A stretch of DNA of 63,512 bases, the filler included, from Octopus bimaculoides (Eukaryota), in the NCBI RefSeq assembly GCF_001194135.2. It is 6 parts of 6 records of this genome, joined end to end, with 100 filler letters (N's around TTAATTAATTAA, not from the genome) between each part and the next. Parts side by side here need not be neighbours in the genome. Positions count along the whole stretch, not along the records: positions 46,238 to 55,938 come from NC_068985.1; positions 56,039 to 62,374 come from NC_069004.1; positions 62,475 to 63,512 come from NW_026341391.1; 3 more parts are not named here. One strand, given 5' to 3'. Made by a program: the position numbers and the translations under genes. The notes beneath the pieces were generated by a model. It was not told where the DNA came from. It searched no databases and saw only the letters and a list, made by a program, of their open reading frames with translations. This document shows positions 52,521 to 63,512 of this stretch, in pieces. Numbering within the stretch: position 1 is the first letter of the stretch; every line of letters begins with the position of its first letter.

Positions 52521-52908
52521 GTGGAGGCGCAATGGCCCAGTGGTTAGGGCAGCGGACTCGTGGTCATAGAATCGCGGTTTCGATTCCCAGACCGGGCGTT
52601 GTGAGTGTTTATTGAGCGAAAACACCTAAAGCTCCACGAGGCTCCGGCAGCGGATGGTGGTGAACCCTGCTGTCCTCTTCCACCACAACTTTCTCTCACT
52701 CTTTCTTCCTGTTTCTGTTGTGCCTGTAATTCAAAGGGTCAGCCGTGTCACACTGTGTCACGCTGAATATCCCCCGAGAACTACATTAAGGGTACACGTG
52801 TCTGTGGAGTGCTCAGCCACTTGCACGTTAATTTCACGAGCAGGCTGTTCCGTTGATCGGATCAACTGGAACCCTCGACGTCGTAAGCGACGGAGAGCCA
52901 ACAACAAA
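52521..52908 (+). mobile_element. Full-length tRNA-derived SINE (third family) with a 12-bp TSD
   Basis: A-box TGGCCCAGTGG, B-box GGTTTCGATTCC and a (CAA)n end. ACTCTCTCTGTG occurs at 52509-52520 and 52909-52920. Confidence 0.9.
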
Positions 52909-52921
52909 ACTCTCTCTGTGC

Positions 52922-52958
<37 letters not shown>

Positions 52959-53214
52959 CTCGCGCGCGCGTGCGGCCACACATACACACACATACACACG
53001 TGCCGTTGGCGATTTCTTTTTCTTCTTTGAACTTTTCTCTCTTTCTCCTATCCGACGATGAGCTATGCTCGAAACATGAAACTCTCTTCTTTCACCCAGC
53101 ATCAAGCTATTATACTTTTTATGCACGATATCATGTTATTCGTTTTTATTTCTTTATTTCAATTCTTTGTTTATTTGAATTGATTACATCTAGATAGATA
53201 CTCTAGCTAGATAG

Positions 53215-53566
53215 ATATTCTCTTTACTTGTTTCAGTCATCTCACTGCGGCCATGCTGGAGCACCGCCTTTAGTCGAGCAAATCGACCTCAGGGTTTATT
53301 CTTTGTAAGCCTTGTACTTATTCTATCGGTTTCTCTTGCCGAACCGCTGAACTAGGACGTAAACACACTAACGTATACACATACATACATGCTGGATCAC
53401 CGCCTTTAGTCGAATCAAATCAACCCCAGGACTTATTCTTTGTAAGCCTAGTACTTATTCTATCGGTCTCTTTTGCCGTACCGCTAGGGTACGGGGACCT
53501 AAACACACCAGCATCGGTTGTCAAGCGATGTTGGGAGGACAAACACAGACACAGACACAGACACAG

Positions 53567-53649
<83 letters not shown>

Positions 53650-53650
53650 C
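53215..53650 (-). mobile_element. Two tandem CORE-type SINE 3' halves
   Basis: caccgcctttagtcga...gtacttattctatcggt occurs twice. Confidence 0.8.
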
Positions 53651-53789
53651 GACGGGCGTCAATAAAGCTTCCTCCAAGCAAATCCATTCACAGGATATCA
53701 CGGCACCTAATTTGTGTGTGTGTGTGCGTGTGTGTGTGTGGGTGTATGTGTGGTGTGTGAGTAATGTGTATGTGCGTGTGTGTGTGTGT

Positions 53790-54000
53790 GGCTTTATGTC
53801 TGTGTTGGTCCTACACCACCGCTTGACAACTGGTGCTGGTGTGTTTACGTCCCCATAATTTAGCGATTCTGCCAAATGAACCAAGAGAAAGAGTACCAGG
53901 CTTGAAAAGCAAAAATAAGCACTGGGGTTGATTCATTCCTCCAGGCGGTGCCCCAGCATGGTCGCAGTCCGTTGACTGAAACAAGTAAAAAGATAAAAGA
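53790..54000 (+). mobile_element. CORE-type SINE 3' half, inverted relative to 53400-53560
   Basis: cttgacaactggtgctggtgtgtttacgtccccataa...ggcggtgccccagcatgg...gactgaaacaagtaaaa. Confidence 0.8.
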
Positions 54001-54437
54001 TATATATAAATGTTTGTATGCATTACTCACAGGTAAAATATGTAGTGAAACACTATGTCAATAAATTGTTTTTGTTTTTGCTTGTTGATTCTTTATTAGT
54101 AAAGCAATTATACAAAAAAGAAAGACAGAATAATTAAAAACAATATTAATGAAAGGATAATTATTTCTCTTGTCTATAGTGATGATGATCAAGGGTAGGA
54201 AACTTTAATTGTTTTATTGCTGTCTTCACTAAACAAGTTGAACATACTCAACATGGACAATGGAAAACCTAGTTAGTGACTTAGCTCTCAAAGAGGTCAT
54301 AATTATGGGTTTTCCCATCTCCCCTTCACTCTCTCTCTCACTCTCACTCTCTATCTCCCAGACACACTCAGACTCTCTCTTACTTGACATACATACATAC
54401 ATACATACATATATCTATGTATGTATATATATATGTA

Positions 54438-54479
<42 letters not shown>

Positions 54480-54542
54480 NNNNNNNNNNNNNNNNNNNNN
54501 NNNNNNNNNNNNNNNNNNNNNNNNNNNNNNNNNNNNNNNNNN

Positions 54543-54604
<62 letters not shown>

Positions 54605-55231
54605 GCATATGTGTGTGAGTGTGTGTGTGTGTGAATGTAGTTTACAAAACAGCTTAGCCCTAGCGATACCAATAACCAATTATTAAAATTCAAAACACTA
54701 TTTCACATGAAAACATCAGGTCTGTACAGAGCGTAATATGAATTAATAAACGAATGACAAAAGAACAGGAGTTAATGTCATTTCTTTCAATAGCTTTCAT
54801 TGGCTTGCAGTTGTTTCTGCTATCAGTAAGCGTGCTCCCAGAACTGAATGCCAACGTGGTATGATATAAACTTTCTTGGAGGCGTTTGAAATACATACAT
54901 ACATACATACATACATACATACATACATGTCACTTAATGCTTGAAATAAGAGCTAAATGCTTTAATGTTGTAGTTAACACACATGAATGAAAACATATAC
55001 ACTGACAGGGACCATAATCACCCGAAATGTGCCGATCGAGAACAGCATTCCAGGTTTTCTCAGTCATTTTCGTTTCTTTTCCTTTTTTTTATCTTCATCG
55101 GTTATATTATGCTATATTAAATTACTATAGAGTACAAACACACACACACACGCACAAATACACACACACATACACACACACACATACACATGCTTACATA
55201 CATACATACATACATACAGGCACACACACAC

Positions 55232-55593
55232 ATATTTTAAGATTAATACGGTTGACGGAGTGTAACTAGAAGCATTCATTAGCACAAGAATCGTTTCGGC
55301 TTCATTCTGCACTGCTTCCTAAGGGGGCGTGAAACGATGTAATAACACCGGATGCAACGCTAGAATCTCTCACCAGCAGCAAATCCCTTGAAGCGAAATC
55401 GAAATGTAAATCTGTGAACTCGTGAAGCATCTTATGTCACTTGAGGAGGTTCTTTTGCACTGTGCGTTCCAGTCATCGTTATTACATCGTTCCACGCCCA
55501 CTAGGGAGCTGTGCTGTATAAAACCGAAACGATTGTTGTGCTAATAAACGCTTCTAGTTACACTCCATCTTCGGTATTAATCTTTCAAAATAT
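55232..55593. mobile_element. Foldback-type MITE with long (over 100 bp) imperfect inverted arms
   Basis: The left arm atatttt..gattaatac..ggagtgtaactagaagcattcattagcacaagaatcgtttcgg...aacgatgtaataac matches the reverse complement of 55470-55593. Confidence 0.8.
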
Positions 55594-56232
55594 ACCCTGC
55601 GTGCACCTTGGCATTCCGAGCGTAGATTCAACGACTAACGCACAATATCGCCGATGACACCTGGTAGACATAAGTGGTGAACGTGTTCTGCAGACACACT
55701 ACCTGGGGCTTACCCTGAAACAAGGTTTGGGTACTACATTTAATGCCTACTTTCTAAACCTTAATACCTTAATTTTAGATTCGACTTATATATATATATA
55801 TATATATATAATACAAAAAATATATATGCATGTATACACACATATATGTATAGACTTTCATCTACATGTGTATATAGATGCATATCAGGGTACAGGACGT
55901 TAGAACAATGAACTACAGACAACGGAACGAACACATAGNNNNNNNNNNNNNNNNNNNNNNNNNNNNNNNNNNNNNNNNNNNNTTAATTAATTAANNNNNN
56001 NNNNNNNNNNNNNNNNNNNNNNNNNNNNNNNNNNNNNNAGAAGAAGAAGAAGAAGAAGAAGAAGAAGAAGAAGAAGAAGAAGAAGAAGAAGAAGAAGAAG
56101 AAGAAGAAGAAGAAGAAGAAGAATGTTCATTTCTATGCTAGGCACAAAACCCGAAATTTGGGGGGAACGTAAAGACAGACGAAATACCGCTAAGCATTTC
56201 GCCCGGCGTGCTAACGTTTCTGTCAGTTCGCC

Positions 56233-56660
56233 TGGATTATACATACATTCAGGCAACTAAATGCTAATAGACCAGACATCGTCATCAAAGACGTAAAACA
56301 AAAAATATGTCTGTTAATTGATATGACAATGCCTACTGAAAGAAACATCTCATTAAAAGAATTTGGAAAAGTGGCGAAATATAAAGCCCTTGAGATTGAG
56401 ATATCTGGGACGTGGCAATTAAAACCAAAACTATCCCTTTTGGTTGTAGGTGCGCTAGGAACGATCAAGAAAGATAGTGACAATTTTTTTTTTGACCAGA
56501 TCTCCGGGGAACCAACAATCTATGAGACGCAAAAAATTGTGTTGACAGCAACTGCTCACATTTTTCAGGAAATTTCTCTCCATCTAATATATACGTGCCT
56601 TAGGTCCCTGGTTGAGACCCGGCCGAAGAAGGAAATAAAATGCAAATCAATCGAAAAATA
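56233..56660 (+). mobile_element. Second R4/Dong-clade element 3' end (RLE domain), followed by (TAA)n
   Basis: IHT..LNANRPDIVIKD...LIDMTMP.ERNISLKEFGKVAKYKALEIEI..W...VVGALG. A (TAA)n-rich tract follows at about 56660-56750. Confidence 0.85.
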
Positions 56661-56683
56661 ACGATGATAATGATTATAACAAC

Positions 56684-56751
<68 letters not shown>

Positions 56752-56782
56752 TGATAACAACGACGACGACAACGATGATGAT

Positions 56783-56857
56783 GATACGAATAATATTGAT
56801 ACGAATGATATTGATACGAATAATATTGATACGAATGATATTGATACGAATAATATC
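56783..56857. repeat. 15-bp minisatellite GATACGAAT(A/G)ATATT, five copies
   Basis: Visible directly, with A and G alternating between units. Confidence 0.9.
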
Positions 56858-57094
56858 AACAGAAGTAATTGTAACAAATCAGAAAAAAGTCGGCAAGTAT
56901 TTACTCATTAGTTTCGAAATCTAAAATTAGGAATGGAGAAGCTTAATTATCAGTGTAACAGCAGGCAATTAATTTTCAACGCTTAATAATTACTACCGAC
57001 TACTGCAATTAATGTTTAATAATTTAATTAACCTCTATCACCTGATAATTACAACTGAACTATACACACGTATGCACCTACGCACACACACAAA

Positions 57095-57146
<52 letters not shown>

Positions 57147-57924
57147 NNNNNNNNNNNNNNNNNNNNNNNNNNNNNNNNNNNNNNNNNNNNNNNNNNNNNN
57201 NNNNNNNNNNNNNNNNNNNNNNNNNNNNNNNNNNNNNNNNNNNNNNNNNNNNNNNNNNNNNNNNNNNNNNNNNNNNNNNNNNNNNNNNNNNNNNNNNNNN
57301 NNNNNNNNNNNNNNNNNNNNNNNNNNNNNNNNNNNNNNNNNNNNNNNNNNNNNNNNNNNNNNNNNNNNNNNNNNNNNNNNNNNNNNNNNNNNNNNNNNNN
57401 NNNNNNNNNNNNNNNNNNNNNNNNNNNNNNNNNNNNNNNNNNNNNNNNNNNNNNNNNNNNNNNNNNNNNNNNNNNNNNNNNNNNNNNNNNNNNNNNNNNN
57501 NNNNNNNNNNNNNNNNNNNNNNNNNNNNNNNNNNNNNNNNNNNNNNNNNNNNNNNNNNNNNNNNNNNNNNNNNNNNNNNNNNNNNNNNNNNNNNNNNNNN
57601 NNNNNNNNNNNNNNNNNNNNNNNNNNNNNNNNNNNNNNNNNNNNNNNNNNNNNNNNNNNNNNNNNNNNNNNNNNNNNNNNNNNNNNNNNNNNNNNNNNNN
57701 NNNNNNNNNNNNNNNNNNNNNNNNNNNNNNNNNNNNNNNNNNNNNNNNNNNNNNNNNNNNNNNNNNNNNNNNNNNNNNNNNNNNNNNNNNNNNNNNNNNN
57801 NNNNNNNNNNNNNNNNNNNNNNNNNNNNNNNNNNNNNNNNNNNNNNNNNNNNNNNNNNNNNNNNNNNNNNNNNNNNNNNNNNNNNNNNNNNNNNNNNNNN
57901 GGTGGAATTAGATGGAAACTGAAA

Positions 57925-58100
57925 GGCGGCGAGCTGGCAGAAACGTTAACACACCGGGTGAAATGCTTAGCGGTATTTCGTCTGCCGTTACGTTCTGAGT
58001 TCAAATTCCGCCAAGGTCGACTTTGCCTTTCAATCTTTCGGGGTCGATGAAATAAGTACCAGTTACGCACTGGGGTCGATATAATCGACTTAATCTGTCT
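57925..58100 (+). mobile_element. SINE (second family) intact head and core
   Basis: ggcggcgagctggcagaaacgttaacacaccgggtgaaatgc...gagttcaaattcc (B-box-like)...gccttttcaatctttcggggtcgat. Confidence 0.75.
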
Positions 58101-58144
58101 GTCTGTCTGTCCTTGTTTGTCCCCTCTGTGTGTAGCCCCTTGTG

Positions 58145-58418
58145 AGCAGTAAAGAAATAGGAAACTGAAAGGAGCATGTCGTACGTCCGTGTGTGTGTGT
58201 CCGTCCGTCCGTCCCCAAAGATGTCTCCTCACCACCGTTTGACAACCGGTGCTGCTGTCTTTACATCTCCATAACTTAGCGGTACAGAAAAAGAGACTGA
58301 TAGAGTAAGTATCGGGCTTAAAACAAACCAGCTATCAAACAAATACAAGTACTGAGATCGATTCATTCGACTAAAATTTGAAGGCCCAGCATGGTTGCAA
58401 TCTAATAACTGAAACAAG

Positions 58419-58420
<2 letters not shown>
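58145..58420 (+). mobile_element. CORE-type SINE 3' half
   Basis: The family tail blocks are present. Confidence 0.7.
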
Positions 58421-58460
<40 letters not shown>

Positions 58461-60939
58461 TACTTAACATGAACAGTATTCTCATAGATTGCTTTCATAT
58501 CTGAACAGCTGCTTTGACATTACAAAGCACAAGTGTTACACGAACAATTCCGCTCTGCTTACATTCACGGGGTGGTACAGCTGGTAAAATACACACGTCA
58601 ATGTTCTTCGTTGCATCAAAGGAATATAGAGGCCGTTCGATATTGATGACTCACTAATTCGATAGAAATGCTAACACTTATACACGTCTTCTGTTTCTCA
58701 CTATCGTTATTATTTCATTGAACTAAGGCGGCGTGGTAGACTAATCCCAATAAGAAGAATATACACAGGGTGTTGAGACTTTAATATATTTGGTCATAGT
58801 AAAGCAGCACACTGGCAGAATCGTTAGCACGCCGGGCAGAATGATTGAAGGCATTTCATCCGCCTTCACGGTCTGAGTTCAAATTCCGCTGAGCTCGACA
58901 AATATAATCTGTAAGCGAAAGAGTCAAAACGATACGAAATTTTTCTCAAATTTAAGAAGTGACATGTTTTTTTTTTTTATCTACATTCCATCGATAGAGC
59001 TTTGAATCTTAGTTAGAAGCCGACTGCTTCTTCAGAAGAAGACTGCAGAAAATTAAAACAGAAAACATACATATATTCCAAAAATTCCCCTTCTGAGATT
59101 CTTATGTGAATAGATGCACGCACTTGGGTGTATGCATCGGCAATTCAACCGATACATCAACTCACCCACATATTTACAAACACTGAGAAGTCACTAAACT
59201 CCAAATGTCTTGTCGCTTTGTTTGCGACCGGCTTGAATAAAACTCAACGAAAAACCATACATACATACATACAAATATACATATATACATAAGCATACAT
59301 TCAAGTATGCAGCCATACATATGCAGATACATATCTAGGACGCCGATGATAAGGCCGACCGTGAGAAGGCCGAACGTAAAAGACCAGATGCTCGAAGAAC
59401 GGTGTTATAACATGCCAGATGCCCTTCCTGTTGCTAACCCTCACCTGTTTCCAAACACGGTAATATTTCCCCATGGCTGGACGTGTTTTCGCAGAAGACT
59501 GGAAATGAATAACACTGCTGGAATGACTGTGACACTCATTTAAAAATATCATGCATGCAAACATACATACATGTATACATGTTGGCATGTGTGTGTATGT
59601 ATGCATGTATGTATGTGTGTATGTCTGTCTGTCTGTATGTATGTATGTATGAATGCATGTATGTGCGTATGTATCTATGTATGTATGAATGCATGTATGT
59701 GCGTATGTATGGATGTATATATGTATGTGCGTATATATGTATGTGTGTATGTGTGTATGTATAAATGTATGCATGTATATGCGTATATATGTATATATGT
59801 ATCTATTTTTGTATGTATGTATGTATGTATGTATGTATTATGTGTGTTTGTATGGACGTATGTATGTGTGTGTATGTAATTATGTATGTTTGTATGTATG
59901 AATGAATGTATGAATGTGTGTGTGAGTGTGTAGGTGTATGTGTGATATGACAGCTAAATTCCAGCGACAAAACGAAAGAAACGAGACTAAGAGAATAAAA
60001 GCGAGCGTGCGACAGTCACTGAAGAGCAAGCAGACGCACGGAGGTGCAGAAAGAGGCAACGGAAAGTGAGGGAGAGAGGGGTGAGAAAAAAAGAGACGAA
60101 GGCGAAGAAGAGGGAGGTAGAGGAGGGTAAAGACGGAATGATCGACAAAAAGACAGAAATTTCAAGAAAGAGAGCAAAAAAAATAAACTGAGAAATAGAT
60201 GGCGTCGCCATCAACTGCAACTATTTTACACATGACTATCACAGCTTAGTATGAAGTTCCATATATGTTATGTCAGTCGTCTACGTCATCGGCCACGACA
60301 CCTACTCGCTCACTGCCGATTACCTCCCTCCTTCCATAAAACTCGCCATCTCCAATCAAAGATGACATCAACTCGTCTTGACACCAAACATGAAAACATT
60401 ACAAATGATTTGTGACTTGGGAGAAACAAATGTTTACAAAAAACTAACAGAAATAAAAAGACATTTCCCTGCTGAAATCTTATTGCTGTTGAGCCTCTTG
60501 TTGGTTTTTTTTTTATACTGTTGTTATTACGCTTGCTGTTGTTGTCTATGTTAGAAATTTAATGCTTGTTATAAGTCCACCATGAAATTGCTGTTAAGCA
60601 TAATCCAGATGATATTATTACTGTAGCTGTAATATCTGTTGGTGTTGTTGTTCTTGGTGTTAGTGATGTGATTGTGGCGGCAGCGGTGGTAGGGGTGGTT
60701 CATACTTTTACTATTAACATTGTAAGAAAAGATATGGACCCTTGTTATTGGGTTGATATATGGTCACTTATCAATATGCTCCCGTCTCCACATGCATAAT
60801 TTTACACCTACTCTCAAACACATACATACATACAAATAAAACGGACACACACACACTCAAACATATATATTGAGAGAGAGTTTACAATTTAAAGGAAAAA
60901 TTCAGGGGAATAATTATAAGGTAGCTAAATGTTGCTTAA

Positions 60940-61700
60940 GTGTGCTAGGAGTTAAATCCGGGAGAGTAAGTCGTATTTAGTCAGTCGAGAAATGCCTACA
61001 GCCGATATGGAAAAAAATAACGTGCATAAACAGAGGAAAGCGCTACGGAACTGTTGATGCAAGATTCGCTTCCGAGGAAGAAGCCAAGAAGCATTCAGCA
61101 ACTCCTAACTGAACTAATGCTGCTGCCAACATATTTAGACATGAGGGCATGAAAAGTAAAAATTGGGAAGATACCGCCGGAAATCGACGTGGCGCGGCTG
61201 GTGGCAGCTATATTGCTAAACTTGGAGGATTCTTCAAGTCAGCAAGCTGCGCCAGCAGAATTGGTAGGGCCAGGGCCTAGCACTCGTAATTCAGGCCACT
61301 CAGCAAGACGTAGNNNNNNNNNNGCGCCAGCAGAATTGGTAGGGCCAGGGCCTAGCACTCGTAATTCAGGCCACTCAGCAAGACGTAGAAGTGCCAGATC
61401 AAATTTTTCTGCCGGATGAAACTACTCTAAAAGTATTAGTGGAGGTGCGAAGGCGGAGGTGCTACCTGTGCGGCATCTCCAATAGCATATCCTTCAGCCA
61501 GTAACACCCAACAAGCTGAAAAATCCACAGGAACCCCAAAAGAGACGACCAATACTGTAATGAAACAATACACGCTAATAATAGTGCGAGAAGAGACAAA
61601 ACAACAAAAGAGGGACGCCCCTGAGAAAACAACTTCAACCACATCTGAAGAAGTAGAGAATGAATGGAGGGAGTTTTTAAAAAAAAGGCGCAAGAGGATG
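60940..61700 (+). mobile_element. L1/Tx1-type LINE ORF1 (gag-like) remnant
   Basis: Broken frames give RGKRYGTVDARFASEEEAK (RRM-like), PTYL..KVKIGKIPPEID and VEVRRRRCYLCG (knuckle-like), followed by a basic low-complexity tail. Confidence 0.55.
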
Positions 61701-63512
61701 AACAACTCCCCCACACACACTACCACATAAAACACCGAAACACCCACATGCACTCCCCCCCCACACACACACACAAAACTCAAATGCCCAACCCACAACC
61801 CACAGATACAGTAATAAACATAACCGCATTCAATACGAACAACACTAATTTAGTACAAATGACGAGCAAAAATGAAAATATATCTCCATATGCAGCCCCA
61901 ACGCGCCTAGACATACTGGAAAATGTAAAATTTATATACATAGACAGCATCTCATACATAGATTTAAAAGGAAAATACCCGAATGATATAGGGCCATTAC
62001 AGAGAACTTTTACACGTGAAATATTTGAGTGTGTGTGCATATCAATATAAATACGCTGTGTTTTATAGGACTTTCAATTTCTGTTAACGTCTGTTTGATG
62101 AGTTTGTTATTTATATCCTTCCTGGTGAGATTGATGCATTGCTGACCATAATTTGTCCTGTTGGACATTTCCGTAGAATTCAAGATATAAATGGTTTAAC
62201 AACGTCCCGAGCGTTCGTCTCCCTGTTCAATTTTCCTATATATATATATATATATATCAACACCTACAACCCCACACAAACACGAACACACACATACTCA
62301 AAAAACCGCCTGTTGACCTTCTATCTACACTGTCTATAAGCGTCCACTAACCATTCCTGCTACTAATTTCTTCCNNNNNNNNNNNNNNNNNNNNNNNNNN
62401 NNNNNNNNNNNNNNNNNNTTAATTAATTAANNNNNNNNNNNNNNNNNNNNNNNNNNNNNNNNNNNNNNNNNNNNTATATATGTATATATATATATGTGTG
62501 TGTGTGTGTATATATATGCATATACACACGTGTTTGTGTGTATGTACATATATTCGCACAAACGCTTATAAAAACATATTTATACATAGATGTAGAGTGT
62601 ATACATGCATATGTATAAATCTACTCCGTATATTAAAATATATTGAGTAATTTACTGTAGACTATTTTTTGAGATTTGTAACAGACACACACATACAGAC
62701 ACACACACATATGAATAGATATATACACACACCTACACTTACGCGTGGATATTTATGTATTTACGTCTAAATACATATATATATGCATATACATACATGG
62801 ATATATTCATATATTCGTACATATTACATATTCACACATACACACACACTAAAATATATAGATACATATATGTATATACACATGTATGAAGATACATGTT
62901 TGTGTGTGCATGTGTGTAAATACATACACATGTACGTACGTACACACATTCAAAAGCGTACATGTGTATAAGCGCGTTTGTGAGTGTGTACGGAACTGTG
63001 ATAACAAGATAGTGGGGTGTATATGTAGTTATTCAATGAAGAAGTAATTGGTTGAAGTATGTAGAAGATGTAGTTTGAAGATCTCCGAGTGATATTGAAG
63101 CATAGACGTTAACTAAATAAATTATAGGTGTATATATTCCATACCTAATCACCTGTTTAGTTGTATTATATGTTCCAATATTATCTTCCCAATTTCCAGT
63201 TCATAACATGAATATGTATCAGGTGATTACACTAAACGCCAACACCGAAACTTTCTCAATAATCTACATTATACAGTTTCAGGGCCAATCATAAAGTTGA
63301 ACAAAACATACAACAACTCTTGGACTATTAATCTCGACTTTGAAGAATAATCTTTTAATATTGTCAGTGTTTGATTTCTGATCGTCATTGCGTACTTTAT
63401 TCCTGAGAGTGTACTTATTACAGGACAAGATTAGATCTCGGATATTTTATTTCCACACCAAAAGGAACAGCGTTCACATTCAGTAAGTCACCGTGCTTCG
63501 GTAGCCAAGTAC

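Noticed and set aside
52523-52590. tRNA-like sequence
   Set aside because: It is the head of a SINE, continuing into the SINE body with a TSD and lacking a proper acceptor stem, so it is not a tRNA gene.
56238-56248. TACATACA at the 5' junction of the second R4 element as further evidence of (CATA)n targeting
   Set aside because: It encodes the element's own IHT motif before NRPDI, so it is not a target site.
61249-61388. Exact 65-bp direct repeat resembling a repeat-spacer unit
   Set aside because: The two copies flank a 10-N gap, which indicates an unmerged contig overlap. It is not CRISPR or a biological duplication.

Overview
Repeat-saturated, AT-rich eukaryotic draft-assembly DNA, not prokaryotic. 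The SINE families, dense (CA)n/(TA)n/(TACA)n/(TAGA)n microsatellites and LINE content point to an octopus (coleoid cephalopod) genome; this is inferred from sequence style, not from a search. Nearly all ORFs in the track are microsatellite or N-gap read-throughs. The only host gene I can support is a minus-strand SLC5 sodium:solute symporter of the SMCT/SMVT/NIS subgroup (SLC5A8-like). It is seen as two clear exons (38705-38756, 36782-36849) and a probable 25-nt exon (38939-38963). I could not find its other exons, which may lie in gaps. The rest is transposon debris: two mariners with TIRs and TA target duplications, several RTE LINE copies carrying a PHD-like finger inside the RT region, two R4/Dong-type and one HERO-like restriction-like-endonuclease retroelement fragments, L1/Tx1 ORF1 and RT fragments, CORE-type and other tRNA-derived SINEs (two with clean TSDs), MITEs and a Helitron-like end. 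Five 100-bp gaps contain an artificial TTAATTAATTAA linker, so order and spacing across them are uncertain. I found no convincing new multi-gene system. The best leads are a possibly new intron position/microexon in the SLC5 gene, a possible (CATA)n-targeting R4 retroelement, an old inverted duplication beside a promoter-like motif cluster, and orphan exon-like signals at 29.6-31.4 kb.
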